The notes: generated from the sequence alone by a model not told the origin. Positions 19,645-29,117 are shown, counted from the first letter of the stretch. The stretch is 64,000 nt of DNA from an uncultured Gemmataceae bacterium (GCA_963750165.1 CAVVPN010000004.1:480001-544000), one strand, 5' to 3'. A program made the numbers and translations.

Positions 19645-19692
19645 TCACCACCGCTCGGGGTTCATCAGGGGTTGATTTTGATTACCGAACAT
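19645..19692 (-). CDS. Putative leader peptide MFGNQNQPLMNPERW
   Basis: ATG TTC GGT AAT CAA AAT CAA CCC CTG ATG AAC CCC GAG CGG TGG TGA; no clear SD. Confidence 0.6.
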   Translation of the reverse strand: MFGNQNQPLMNPERW

Positions 19693-19761
19693 AATCTTCG
19701 CCCACTGGTCCGCTGTCGTTTTCGTCTCACCCTTTCAGGACGCGCGGCGTCCACACCAGGT

Positions 19762-21258
19762 TCACGCGAAAAACGCGCTGGCTTGCGCTGCATTTTTCGC
19801 GGCCTCCTCCGTGCGCTGCGCCAGCGCCCGCAGGCACTGCTCCTCTAACAGATGTCGGCTGCCGCGCAGCACCGGATGCTTCGCCACCACCGCGGCCCGG
19901 AGCGCCTCACGCTCGTCCTCGGTCAGCGCCAGCCAGGGCGGCTCCCAGGCGGCGCGGAACTGCTGCTCCTCCGCCTTCTCGCGCGCGAACGCCTCTTGCT
20001 CGCGCCGCTGCCGCTCCTGCTCCTGCTCCTTGCGCTGCTGCCGGCCCTGCTGCGCTGCCGCCGCCTTCAGCGCGTCGGCCCAGTATTTTTGCACCGCGCC
20101 GCTGAACGACCGACACTCCGGCCACTCCTTGCGCAGCACCTGCACCAGCAATGGCAGCAGCGCCTGTAATGGCTCGGCGGTCTGCGTCCGCAGCAGCGCC
20201 TGCGCCTGCTCCAGGTCGCGCGGTCCCGGTTGCGCGACCACGCTGTCCGTCCACAGTTTGTAGAAGCAGCGCACCAGGTCGTGCGCCGCCTCGGTGAACT
20301 CGGGCGGCGCCGGTGGCGGAGCGTCAGGCGGCAAGCCGCAGACAGCGGGCTCGCTCGGTTCGGCAATTTTTTCCGCCGGCGCTTGTTGAACGGCCTGGAA
20401 GTGGACGCGCCAAACGCCCGCCTGCACCTTCTGGAAGCGCTCCGACAACGGCGCCTTTGCCAGAAAGCCGACCTCCTCCAGTTCCAGGATCGCCGGCAGC
20501 AACCGCCGCTTCAGGATCGCAACGTTGTCGCTCTCCGTCAGCCCGACGTGGCCACAGGCGAACTCGATCAGGTCCATCGACAATCGCGGCGTGTTGTAGA
20601 AGCGCTTGTCCAGAAAACGGTACATGCGCTGGGCAGTCGGCGTCCGCAGCGCGAAAAACAACTCCAGGTTCAGCCGTTTGATGTTGCCGTTCTTCAGACT
20701 CTCGTGAAACTGCGGCGTCCAGGTCACCCAGCTCAACGGCGTCGCGCCCGCCTTCTTCGGGCCGCTCACCTGCCGGGCGATCTTGTACGCGCTGATGACG
20801 CCGGTTGCCAGTTCCTCCTCGTAACTGCGGCCGGCGGCATCCCACCAGGCGTTCTCATAACGGATGTTCAACGACTTCAGCCGCCGCAGCACACCGCGCA
20901 GCCGTTCGTAACTGCGGCCGTTCGGCGCCCAGTGCATGATGTCGAACAGCTGGCTCGGACAATAATGCACCACAGGATCGACGAAGTTGGTGCTGTGCTT
21001 GGCGACCCACAGCAGCGCCAGGATCACATGCTCGTCGGCGGGCGTCGGCAGGCCATCCTGCGCCTGCGTCGTCAGCGTGACGCGCTGCGTGACGCGCTGC
21101 CGCGTCTTCGCGTCCAGCCGGCTTGACTCGTAGACGATGCTGTCGAGCTTGCGGCCGGCCGCGTCGCTTGGCTGCTGTCGCTGCAGGATCGAAATCGGAA
21201 AATCCGCCAAATTCATTTCATCGCGACCGTCCTGGTACGTGCGCTTCAGATTCGGCAT
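19762..21258 (-). CDS. Plasmid-type replication initiator protein A (RepA/RPA family)
   Basis: GRDEMNLADFP, GLPT..DE.V, YENAWWD, RMYRFLDKRFY, ACGHVGL. Confidence 0.8.
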   Translation of the reverse strand: MPNLKRTYQDGRDEMNLADFPISILQRQQPSDAAGRKLDSIVYESSRLDAKTRQRVTQRVTLTTQAQDGLPTPADEHVILALLWVAKHSTNFVDPVVHYCPSQLFDIMHWAPNGRSYERLRGVLRRLKSLNIRYENAWWDAAGRSYEEELATGVISAYKIARQVSGPKKAGATPLSWVTWTPQFHESLKNGNIKRLNLELFFALRTPTAQRMYRFLDKRFYNTPRLSMDLIEFACGHVGLTESDNVAILKRRLLPAILELEEVGFLAKAPLSERFQKVQAGVWRVHFQAVQQAPAEKIAEPSEPAVCGLPPDAPPPAPPEFTEAAHDLVRCFYKLWTDSVVAQPGPRDLEQAQALLRTQTAEPLQALLPLLVQVLRKEWPECRSFSGAVQKYWADALKAAAAQQGRQQRKEQEQERQRREQEAFAREKAEEQQFRAAWEPPWLALTEDEREALRAAVVAKHPVLRGSRHLLEEQCLRALAQRTEEAAKNAAQASAFFA

Positions 21259-21458
21259 CGCTTGATGGTGGGTGAGAATTTTCGATAAGTCAAAAACACA
21301 CTGACTCACTATTCCAACGTCGGCAGCGCTTCGCAAGAGAGTTTGCGGTTTTGGTGTGGGTTTTCTTCTTTCCGTTTTGGTTCTGGTTTACGCACGGCGC
21401 TTGCACGCCGTAAAGTCTGAAATAAGTGGGACTTGTTAAGATTGGTCCGAGCTGAACT

Positions 21459-21589
21459 GTGCGCGGTCGCACGGGGATCGGGTGCGCCGCCGCACGCGGA
21501 CGGGCCGGAAAACGTGCCGCCGCCGCACGGCGACGGAATGCGCGACTGCACGGGAACAGCCGCTAAAAGGTGCGCCGCCGCACGGGGAT
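21459..21589. repeat. Five iteron-like ~20-bp repeats (GTGCGCCGCCGCACGGGGA consensus) upstream of repA
   Basis: GCACG cores at 21469, 21492, 21525, 21548, 21580. Confidence 0.65.
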
Positions 21590-21725
21590 TCGGCTGCGTT
21601 TTTCCTGCGCGGCGAAATCAGACATGATTTCGGGGCTGCGCAGCTGCAGCGCAGCTGTAAACGAGCCCGATGCGCAGCTGCGCCGGCCGCCAACCATCAG
21701 CCGGGGCGGCTCATCGACAAAGATC

Positions 21726-21801
21726 CACGATCATCCGCGCACATTTTCCGGGGACGGGCAGACGCCGCTCAACGCAAGTTCACGATCCACCGCGCACATT
21801 T
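21726..21801. repeat. 21-bp direct repeat pair CACGATCNNCCGCGCACATTT
   Basis: 21726-21746 and 21781-21801, 19/21 identical, 55 bp apart. Confidence 0.65.
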
Positions 21802-21803
21802 CA

Positions 21804-21897
21804 GGAGGCGCCGAACAACAACTTCGTAGGACGGCTCTCCAGAGCCGTCGGGACGGCTCTGGAGAGCCGTCCTACGAAGTTGTTGTTCGGCGCCTCC
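21804..21897. repeat. REP doublet (GTAGGACGGCTCTCCAGAGCCGTC) inside a 94-bp palindrome
   Basis: Same REP as in the 8.0-8.46 kb array. Confidence 0.9.
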
Positions 21898-21904
21898 ATA
21901 GCGA

Positions 21905-22678
21905 TCAGCGGCGCGACAACATCGAGCCGAAGATGATCGCCCCCAGTGCCAGGAAAATCAGCAGAAAGATACTGGTCGAAATGCTCAGGAACCACGTCGC
22001 GGTGTTGTTCTCCGGCGTCTCCAGCTTCGCCAGCGCCCGGCCCAGCTCGCGCTCCACCTCGGCACGCAGCGCCGGCGCGAAGACACGCCAGTGCAATGTT
22101 ACGTGGAACAGCGCCGGGAAGGCGTCCAGCTCCACGACGGCCGGCTCGCTCAATCCGAGCGTGGTAGCCGGGCGCGGCGGCGTGGCGGTGATGGCGGTGT
22201 CGTCGGCACCGACGGCCGCCGCCGCCGGGCTGGCGACCTGGATGGTGTAGCGGTCGCCGACCCGGCTGGCGCTCAGGCCGAGGTGCTCCAGCGTCTCCAG
22301 GAAGGTGCGTTCGAGTTCCTCCGGCTCGACGTTGTAGACGACGGTGCTGCGGCCGCGCCACCAGAGCAGAAACGCGCCGCCACCCAGCACCACCAGGAAG
22401 TAGAACAGCCAGATGCCCCACCACAGCGACCAGATGTCGTGCAGCGTCTGGCCCGGCGACGGCCGGCCGAAGGAGAACTCGAACAGGTTGCGATGATACT
22501 GGCCGCTGAGGACCGCCGGGCCGACCACCAGCAGGAAGCCGGACGACGCGAACAGCAGACCGACGAAGTCCCACGCACCGTTGACCATGAGCGGCCGCAG
22601 TCGGCGGTTAATCAGGCCGAGCACGCCACAGTAGACGCCGATGGGGAACAGGAAGACCGCGAGCAATAGGAGAAACAA
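21905..22678 (-). CDS. Hypothetical integral membrane protein
   Basis: About four TM helices; GAGGAG RBS. Confidence 0.75.
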   Translation of the reverse strand: MFLLLLAVFLFPIGVYCGVLGLINRRLRPLMVNGAWDFVGLLFASSGFLLVVGPAVLSGQYHRNLFEFSFGRPSPGQTLHDIWSLWWGIWLFYFLVVLGGGAFLLWWRGRSTVVYNVEPEELERTFLETLEHLGLSASRVGDRYTIQVASPAAAAVGADDTAITATPPRPATTLGLSEPAVVELDAFPALFHVTLHWRVFAPALRAEVERELGRALAKLETPENNTATWFLSISTSIFLLIFLALGAIIFGSMLSRR

Positions 22679-22821
22679 CGGCGGCTCCTCGACAGGGGAG
22701 GTTCGACCCGGCCGACCGGGTAAGACACGTATTCTATGCGGCGGTGCGGGTTAGGGTCAATCAGCGGTCACAAGCGCGCTTGACGGGGCGCCCGACGACG
22801 GCTACAAGGCGCGGCCTGATT

Positions 22822-22885
22822 TTCCGTGAGGCAGACAGGAATGTCTGCCCCACGGAAGAACGGCAGACAGGAATGTCTGCCCCAC
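22822..22885. repeat. Two REP copies of GGCAGACAGGAATGTCTGCCCCAC
   Basis: 22830-22853 and 22862-22885; same REP as 40528-40589. Confidence 0.85.
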
Positions 22886-22918
22886 GGCAAGCAACCCCCA
22901 GCCGCAAGGAGGAACGCG

Positions 22919-23746
22919 ATGACCCATTGCCTGAAACGCTCCCGCTGGTTGGCCTCGCTGGGCGTGGCCTGCTGCACGTTGTTGTTCCCTTACGGGTCGG
23001 CGGTCACCACCGCCCAGGACAAGGCGCCGCCCGGCGACCGCCTGCACCAGCCTTTCACGGTGGCGACCATCGACGAGGCCCCGGAGGGCCAGCGCCTGCT
23101 GGAGCGCACCAAAACCAACCTGAGCGTCGGCAAACTGTACGAGCAGGTCGTTGGCAACGATGGCGTCGGCGGCCTGTGGGAGCAGGTGAAGTTCGTGTCG
23201 CCGGCCGGCAAACGCCTGGCGTACACTGCGACCATCAAGACGGCGCTGGGCGATGTTGTGCTCGAACTGTGGCCGGACGTGGCCCCGAACCACGTGCGCA
23301 ACTTCGTGGCCCTGGCGCGCGCCGGCTATTACAATGGCCTGGGCTTCGACCGCACCGAGTTGACGCAGGTCGAGGGTCAGCCGCTGGAGTGTCTGTACGC
23401 CGGCTGTCCGGAGGGCACGGGCGACGCGGGCCTGGGCAGCATCGGCTACTGGATGAAGCCGGAACTGAGCAAGGCGGTCAAGCACGAGCCCGGCACGGTC
23501 GGCGCCTACCACGAGGAGGAGGTGGAAACGGCGGCCTGCAAGTTCTACATTACCCTGAGCACGGCCCCGTACAAGGATGGCGAGTTTTCGGTGTTCGGCA
23601 AGGTCACGCAGGGGCTGGACGTGCTGCGTGCCATTCGGGGCCGACCCGTACACCAGGACGACCTCAAGGATCGGCCCGTGGAGCCGGTCGTCATGCAGTC
23701 CGTGACGATCGACTGCCGCGAGGTCGAGGCGGCACCGCCGCGGTAA
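22919..23746 (+). CDS. Exported cyclophilin-type peptidyl-prolyl isomerase
   Basis: Signal peptide; VAPNHVRNFVALARAGYY, FYITL, FSVFGKV. Confidence 0.85.
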   Translation: MTHCLKRSRWLASLGVACCTLLFPYGSAVTTAQDKAPPGDRLHQPFTVATIDEAPEGQRLLERTKTNLSVGKLYEQVVGNDGVGGLWEQVKFVSPAGKRLAYTATIKTALGDVVLELWPDVAPNHVRNFVALARAGYYNGLGFDRTELTQVEGQPLECLYAGCPEGTGDAGLGSIGYWMKPELSKAVKHEPGTVGAYHEEEVETAACKFYITLSTAPYKDGEFSVFGKVTQGLDVLRAIRGRPVHQDDLKDRPVEPVVMQSVTIDCREVEAAPPR

Positions 23747-23762
23747 CGAAGGGAAGTGTCCG

Positions 23763-24308
23763 ATGGCCGGCAACGTGACCAAGCAGCAGATCGACGACGC
23801 CCAGAAGGACATCGACCTCGCCAGCAAGACGTACACCGTCGAGCTGACGACGAGCATGGGGCCGATTCGCCTGCAGTTCTACCCGGACGTGGCGCCCGGC
23901 CACGTCAAGAATTTCATCGCGCTGGCACAGACGGGCTTCTATAATGGAGTGACATTCCACCGGGTCATCAAGGGATTCATGAACCAGAGTGGCTGTCCGC
24001 ACGGCACCGGCATGGGCGACGCGGGCTACAAGCTGAAGGCCGAGTTCAACAAGATGCCGCACGAGGACGGCACGCTGTCGATGGCACGCGGTCCGAGTCA
24101 CGATTCAGCCGGTTCGCAGTTCTTCATCTGCGCCGGCCGGCAACGAGGTCTGGACAACGAGTACACCGTTTTCGGCAAGACGGCGGACGCGGAATCGCTG
24201 GAGACCGTCCACAAGATTAACAACGTCAAGACCAGTGGCTCCCCCAATGACCGGCCGCTGCAGCCGGTGGTCATCGAGAAGGCGACGGTGACGGAGCAGG
24301 CGAAGTAA
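23763..24308 (+). CDS. Cyclophilin-type peptidyl-prolyl isomerase
   Basis: FHRVIKGFMNQSG, LSMAR, SAGSQFFI, YTVFGK. Confidence 0.93.
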   Translation: MAGNVTKQQIDDAQKDIDLASKTYTVELTTSMGPIRLQFYPDVAPGHVKNFIALAQTGFYNGVTFHRVIKGFMNQSGCPHGTGMGDAGYKLKAEFNKMPHEDGTLSMARGPSHDSAGSQFFICAGRQRGLDNEYTVFGKTADAESLETVHKINNVKTSGSPNDRPLQPVVIEKATVTEQAK

Positions 24309-24342
24309 ACCATGTGCGAATCACACACGGCCCGCGTCGCGA

Positions 24343-24446
24343 GGCTGGGAGGGGACCCACGCAAAGGGAAGTTGTGAACCTGGTCAGGCCGGAAGGTGCA
24401 GCCATAAGCAGCGGACCCTTGTGCAGTGGATCAGCCTCTCTCAGCC
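24343..24446 (+). ncRNA. ffs: Signal recognition particle RNA (small type)
   Basis: Domain IV TCAGGCCGGAAGGTGCAGC within a long hairpin; canonical position upstream of dnaX. Confidence 0.92.
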
Positions 24447-24478
24447 ATCCCGGTGCGGGCTCGTGTATTTCTTCTGCC

Positions 24479-24545
24479 GGCGAGCGGGGTCGCGTCAGCG
24501 ACCCGTGTTTCCAATTCACGGGGCGCTGACGCAACCGCGCTCGCC
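24479..24545. repeat. REP-like doublet related to the 6025/6988 family
   Basis: ggcgagcgg..gcgtcagcg / cgctgacgc..cgctcgcc. Confidence 0.75.
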
Positions 24546-24582
24546 TCACACAGCGGAGCCCGCCACGTGAGGACCACGCATC

Positions 24583-26370
24583 ATGGCAAAACGGAAGCCC
24601 ACCTCCGACAACGGCGAGGAATCCCCGGTTGAGTCCCCCGGCTACACCGTCCTGGCCCGCCGCTACCGCCCGCAGCTGTTCGGCGATCTCGTCGGCCAGG
24701 AAGCGGTCGCCCAGGCCCTGAGCAACGCCATCACCAGCGACCGCGTCGCCCACGCCTACCTCTTCACCGGCGCCCGCGGTGTCGGCAAAACGAGCACCGC
24801 CCGCATCCTCGCCAAGGCGCTCAACTGCGAACAGGGCCCGACCGTCACGCCCTGCGGTGTCTGCGACAGCTGCCGCCGCATCGCCGCCGGTGAGGACGTG
24901 GACGTGCTCGAGATCGACGGCGCCAGCAACCGCGGCATTGACGAGGTGCGCGAAATTCGTCAGAACGTCCAGTACCTGCCGCAACATTCACGATACAAAA
25001 TATTTATCATTGATGAAGTGCATATGTTGACGGCCCCGGCGTTCAACGCCCTGTTGAAAACGCTGGAGGAGCCGCCGTCGCACGTCAAATTCATCTTCGC
25101 GACCACCGAGGCGCAGAAAATCCCCGTCACGATCCTGTCGCGCTGCCAGCGCTTCGACTTCGCCGGCATCAGCACGCCACGCATCGTCGCACGGCTGCGC
25201 GACATCGTGCGCAGCGAACAGATGAACGCCGACGACGAGGCGCTGGAACTGGTCGCGCACCGCGCCGGCGGCTCCATGCGCGACGCTCAGTCGCTGCTCG
25301 ATCAACTTTTAGCGTTCAGCAAGGACAGGCTGACGGCGGCCCGCGTCCACCAGCTGCTCGGCACCGCCAACGAGGAGCGCGTCGCCAGCCTGGCCGCCGC
25401 GGTCCTGGCGCACGACGGCAAACAGGCCCTGGAACAGCTCGCCCAGGCCGCCGACCAGGGGCTGCAACTCGGCGAACTGCTCGACCAGCTCATCGAATAC
25501 TGGCGCGACCTCATGGTGGTCAACTGCTCCGGCGGTGAGGTGCAGCCGCTGAGCGTCACCGGCGCCCAGCGCGACGCCCTGAAACAGCAGGCGAAAGCGC
25601 TGTCGCTGGACACCATCCTGGCCGGCCTGGACGTGTTGGTCAGCAGCAAGAATCGGCTGCGCTCCAGTCAGCACAGCCGCGTCCTCGTCGAGATGGCACT
25701 GGTGCGGCTCAGCCGGCTGCTCGACCTGGTGCCGCTCGGCCAGCTGGCGCAGTGGCTGACGCAGGGTGGCACGCCGCGCCCGGCCGCTGCCCCGGCCCCA
25801 ATCGCGCCCCGCCCCGCCAGCCCGACGGCGGACAGCGGGGTAAAAAAAAAGCCGCTGAACGGCACAGGTGAGCCCGCCTCAACCACTGCCGCTGTGCTAC
25901 CGTTAACGCGGGAGACGTTGGGGCTGGTGTGGAGCGAAACCTTGGCGAAAATCGGGCCTACGCTGGCCCATGAACTGAAGAATAAGGCAGAGCCTGCAAT
26001 TTTCGGGCCAAACACTCTGGTAATTCGCTTTCCGAGCCGCTATAATCCCCAAAGAGATCGCTGTCAGGAGTCGGCGAACACTGCCAGGCTGGAAAAAGCG
26101 CTCCGCGAGATCACGGGGCAGCCTTGCACCCTGCGGTTCGACACTCTGACGGAGACCTCGACAACCAGCGCCGGCCCCGCGGCTGCGGGTGCGGACTCGG
26201 AAACCGCACAGGCGCGCTCTCGACGTCACAAACAACAGGCGGAGCAGCTGCCGCTGCTGAAGAGCGCCCTGGAGGTGCTGGGCGCCCAGGTCGTCAGCAT
26301 GGATGACGACTTCGGCGCCGCGCCGCCCCCTGCGGACAAACCCCCTGGGCCCGACCCGGGGCAACCTTGA
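24583..26370 (+). CDS. dnaX: DNA polymerase III subunits gamma/tau
   Basis: ARRYRPQ, GARGVGKT, EIDGASN, IIDEVHML, ILSRCQRFDF. Confidence 0.97.
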   Translation: MAKRKPTSDNGEESPVESPGYTVLARRYRPQLFGDLVGQEAVAQALSNAITSDRVAHAYLFTGARGVGKTSTARILAKALNCEQGPTVTPCGVCDSCRRIAAGEDVDVLEIDGASNRGIDEVREIRQNVQYLPQHSRYKIFIIDEVHMLTAPAFNALLKTLEEPPSHVKFIFATTEAQKIPVTILSRCQRFDFAGISTPRIVARLRDIVRSEQMNADDEALELVAHRAGGSMRDAQSLLDQLLAFSKDRLTAARVHQLLGTANEERVASLAAAVLAHDGKQALEQLAQAADQGLQLGELLDQLIEYWRDLMVVNCSGGEVQPLSVTGAQRDALKQQAKALSLDTILAGLDVLVSSKNRLRSSQHSRVLVEMALVRLSRLLDLVPLGQLAQWLTQGGTPRPAAAPAPIAPRPASPTADSGVKKKPLNGTGEPASTTAAVLPLTRETLGLVWSETLAKIGPTLAHELKNKAEPAIFGPNTLVIRFPSRYNPQRDRCQESANTARLEKALREITGQPCTLRFDTLTETSTTSAGPAAAGADSETAQARSRRHKQQAEQLPLLKSALEVLGAQVVSMDDDFGAAPPPADKPPGPDPGQP

Positions 26371-26382
26371 GGAGGCCTGACC

Positions 26383-26724
26383 ATGTTCAAAGAGATCGGC
26401 CAGCTCGCCAGCCTGATGCGCAACCTGCCGAAGATCCGCGAGGAGGTCGGCCAGATGCAGGAGCGCCTGGGCAAGATCGTCGTGGACGGCGACGCCGGCG
26501 CCGGCATGGTCAAGACCCGGGTCAACGGCAAGATCGAGTTGATCGCCTGCACCATCAGCGAGGAAGCGCTGCAGCTGAACGACCGCGAGATGCTCGAAGG
26601 GCTCATCAAGGCGGCGGTCAACCAGGCCATCCAGAAGGCCCGCGAACAGGTCGCCGAGGAGACCGGCAAGATGGCGTCCAACCTCGGTCTGCCGCCGGGC
26701 ATGAACTTGCCTGGGATGGCGTGA
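26383..26724 (+). CDS. ybaB: YbaB/EbfC nucleoid-associated protein
   Basis: GDAGAGMV..VNG, LEGLIKAAVNQA; dnaX-ybaB-recR synteny. Confidence 0.93.
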   Translation: MFKEIGQLASLMRNLPKIREEVGQMQERLGKIVVDGDAGAGMVKTRVNGKIELIACTISEEALQLNDREMLEGLIKAAVNQAIQKAREQVAEETGKMASNLGLPPGMNLPGMA

Positions 26725-26732
26725 GGTGACGT

Positions 26733-26793
26733 GTCGGAGCCCGAGCGCCAGCGCGGTGGCCGCACTGCCCCGCGCTGGCGCTCGGGCTCGGAC
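26733..26793. repeat. REP-like palindrome
   Basis: gagcccgagcgccagcgcgg / ccgcgctggcgctcgggctc. Confidence 0.75.
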
Positions 26794-26813
26794 GAAGAGC
26801 GGTTCGCCCGGGG

Positions 26814-27425
26814 GTGGTGGTCGTGGTCACGGAGCCGTTGGACGCGATTGCCCGTCTGGTCCAGGAATTGACGCGGCTGCCCGGCATCGGGCCCAAGACG
26901 GCGGAGCGGTTGACGCACCATCTGCTGCTCGCCGAGCGCCAGCAGGTGCTGGACCTGGCGGACGCCCTGCGCGGCATCAAGGATCACGTCCACGCCTGCA
27001 AGGAGTGCCACAATCTCACGGAACAGGAACTGTGTAACCTGTGCCGGGACGAACGCCGCGACCGTGGTCTGCTGTGTGTTGTCGAACAGGCACGGGACTT
27101 GACAGCCCTGGAGCGCACGGGTACATACCGCGGCCTCTACCACGTGCTCGGCGGCCGGCTGGCGCCGCTGGAGAACATCGGCCCGGAGCAATTGACCATC
27201 GATTCGCTGCTGCGGCGCGTGCAAAAGGGACAGGTACGCGAGATCATCATGGCGACCAACCCAACACTCGAAGGCGACGGCACGGCGCTGTATCTGTCAA
27301 ACGTGCTGGCGGGAACGGGTGTGAAGATCACGCGATTGGCACGAGGTTTGCCCTCCGGGTCGGTACTTGAGTTCGCCAACAGTCAGATGCTCGCCGATGC
27401 GTTGGAAGGGCGGCGGACGTTTTAA
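26814..27425 (+). CDS. recR: Recombination mediator RecR
   Basis: LPGIGPKTAERL, C4 zinc finger, YHVLGG, ATNPTLEGDGT. Confidence 0.97.
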   Translation: MVVVVTEPLDAIARLVQELTRLPGIGPKTAERLTHHLLLAERQQVLDLADALRGIKDHVHACKECHNLTEQELCNLCRDERRDRGLLCVVEQARDLTALERTGTYRGLYHVLGGRLAPLENIGPEQLTIDSLLRRVQKGQVREIIMATNPTLEGDGTALYLSNVLAGTGVKITRLARGLPSGSVLEFANSQMLADALEGRRTF

Positions 27426-27426
27426 C

Positions 27427-27483
27427 GTGGGGCAGGCTTTCCAGCCTGCCATGCGAGAGGGCAGGCTGGAAAGCCTGCCCCAC
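27427..27483. repeat. REP doublet GTGGGGCAGGCTTTCCAGCCTGCC
   Basis: Inverted pair. Confidence 0.85.
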
Positions 27484-27528
27484 AGGAAGACAGAAATGGC
27501 CTTCATCCTAACTGGGAGTGCTTGAACC

Positions 27529-29049
27529 ATGGGACCGGGCATGGGCATGGGGATGCAGATGCGGCCGGAGCAGCGCCAGATGATGATTCTGGCCCCCCGC
27601 ATGATCCAGTCGATGGAGATTTTGCAACTCCCCATCATGGCGCTGCAAGAGCGCATTCAGCAGGAACTCCAGGAGAACCCCGTGCTGGAGCTGAAGGAGA
27701 CGCCGGTCGAGGATGCGCCCAACGGCGAGTTCGACGACTTCTCCGCCGACGCGGTGGCGCCGGATCGCAAGGACGTGGCCGACCCGCGCAGCGAACTGGT
27801 CATCGACGGCCAGAACGGCAACCAGGAAGACTTTGACCGGCTCGACCGCCTGCTGGAGATCAACAAGGACTGGGCGGATCACTTCAACGAGGAGCGCCGG
27901 CCGAGCAGCAACCGCATCGACGAGGAAGGCGACAAGAAGCACGACTTTGAGCAAAACATGGCCTCACGGCCCCAGTCGCTGCACGACTACCTCGGCGAAC
28001 AGCTCGCCTACCTGGACGCGACGCCGCGGCAGATGGAGCTGGCGCGGTTCCTGCTGACGCACCTGGACGAGAACGGCTACCTGTCCACGCCGCTGGAAGA
28101 GGTGGCCCTCGGCTGGTCCGAGCCGTTGACGACGGCGGACCTGGAGGACGCGCTGCACCTGATTCAGAAGCTGGACCCGCCCGGCGTCGGCGCCCGCAAG
28201 CTGGAGGAGTGCCTGCTGCTGCAGCTGACGCCGGAGACGCCGTTCCGCGACGTGCTCCGCACCCTCGTCGAGCACCACCTCGACGACATTCGCTACAATC
28301 GGCTGCCGATCATCCAGAAGCGCACCGGCTTCGACCTGGACCTGATCCAGGAGGCGATCGCGGCGCTGAAGCGGCTCAACCCGCGGCCGGGCGCACAGTT
28401 CCTGTCCAACAGCACGCAATACGTGGTGCCGGACATCCTCGTCGAGCAGGACGAGCACGGCGAGTACAAGGTCAAGCTGATGGACGACTGGACGCCGAAC
28501 ATTTACATCAGCAAGCGCTACATCGAACTGTACCGCGACAAGGCGGCCGACCCCAAGGCGAAGGAATATTTGAAGCGGAAGATTCAGGCGGCGCAGTGGC
28601 TGATGGAGTCCATCGAGCAGCGGCGGAGCACGCTGGAGAAGGTGACCCGGGCGATTATCCAGCACCAGCGGGCGTTCCTGGACAACGGGCCGGAGCACAT
28701 CGAGCCGCTGAAAATGCAGCAGATCGCCGACCAGGTGAAGGTCCATGTGACGACGGTGAGCCGGGCGGTGGACGACAAGTGGGTGCAGACGCCGCGCGGC
28801 GTCTTCCCGCTGAAGCGTTTCTTCGGCGGCGGCAAGATGACGGCCAGTGGCGAGGTCGCATGGGAGACGATCAAGCAGAAATTGCTGGAGATCATCGGCA
28901 ACGAGGACAAGTCGGAGCCGCTGTCCGACGAGGACCTGGTGAACAAGCTGATGGAGTCCGGCTTCCCGGTGGCGCGGCGGACGGTGACGAAGTATCGCAA
29001 GATGCTCAAGATTCCGTCGTCGCGGCAGCGGAAGGTGTGGACGAAGTAG
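27529..29049 (+). CDS. rpoN: RNA polymerase sigma-54 factor
   Basis: IQSMEILQLP, DPPGVGAR, TTVSRAV, RpoN box ARRTVTKYR. Confidence 0.97.
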   Translation: MGPGMGMGMQMRPEQRQMMILAPRMIQSMEILQLPIMALQERIQQELQENPVLELKETPVEDAPNGEFDDFSADAVAPDRKDVADPRSELVIDGQNGNQEDFDRLDRLLEINKDWADHFNEERRPSSNRIDEEGDKKHDFEQNMASRPQSLHDYLGEQLAYLDATPRQMELARFLLTHLDENGYLSTPLEEVALGWSEPLTTADLEDALHLIQKLDPPGVGARKLEECLLLQLTPETPFRDVLRTLVEHHLDDIRYNRLPIIQKRTGFDLDLIQEAIAALKRLNPRPGAQFLSNSTQYVVPDILVEQDEHGEYKVKLMDDWTPNIYISKRYIELYRDKAADPKAKEYLKRKIQAAQWLMESIEQRRSTLEKVTRAIIQHQRAFLDNGPEHIEPLKMQQIADQVKVHVTTVSRAVDDKWVQTPRGVFPLKRFFGGGKMTASGEVAWETIKQKLLEIIGNEDKSEPLSDEDLVNKLMESGFPVARRTVTKYRKMLKIPSSRQRKVWTK

Positions 29050-29117
29050 GTTGGAAGTTGGGCGCAGAATCTGTTGAGGCTGCGCCCTATCTTTTTCCCG
29101 GATGATGGGGCAAAAGC

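Noticed and set aside
19560..19700. T-box riboswitch upstream of the tRNAs
   Set aside because: No T-box consensus (AGGGTGGNACCGCG) or Stem I seen; a leader-peptide attenuator fits better
16180..21800. Prophage or ICE integrated at the tRNAs
   Set aside because: No integrase, structural or conjugation genes, and no duplicated tRNA 3' end found
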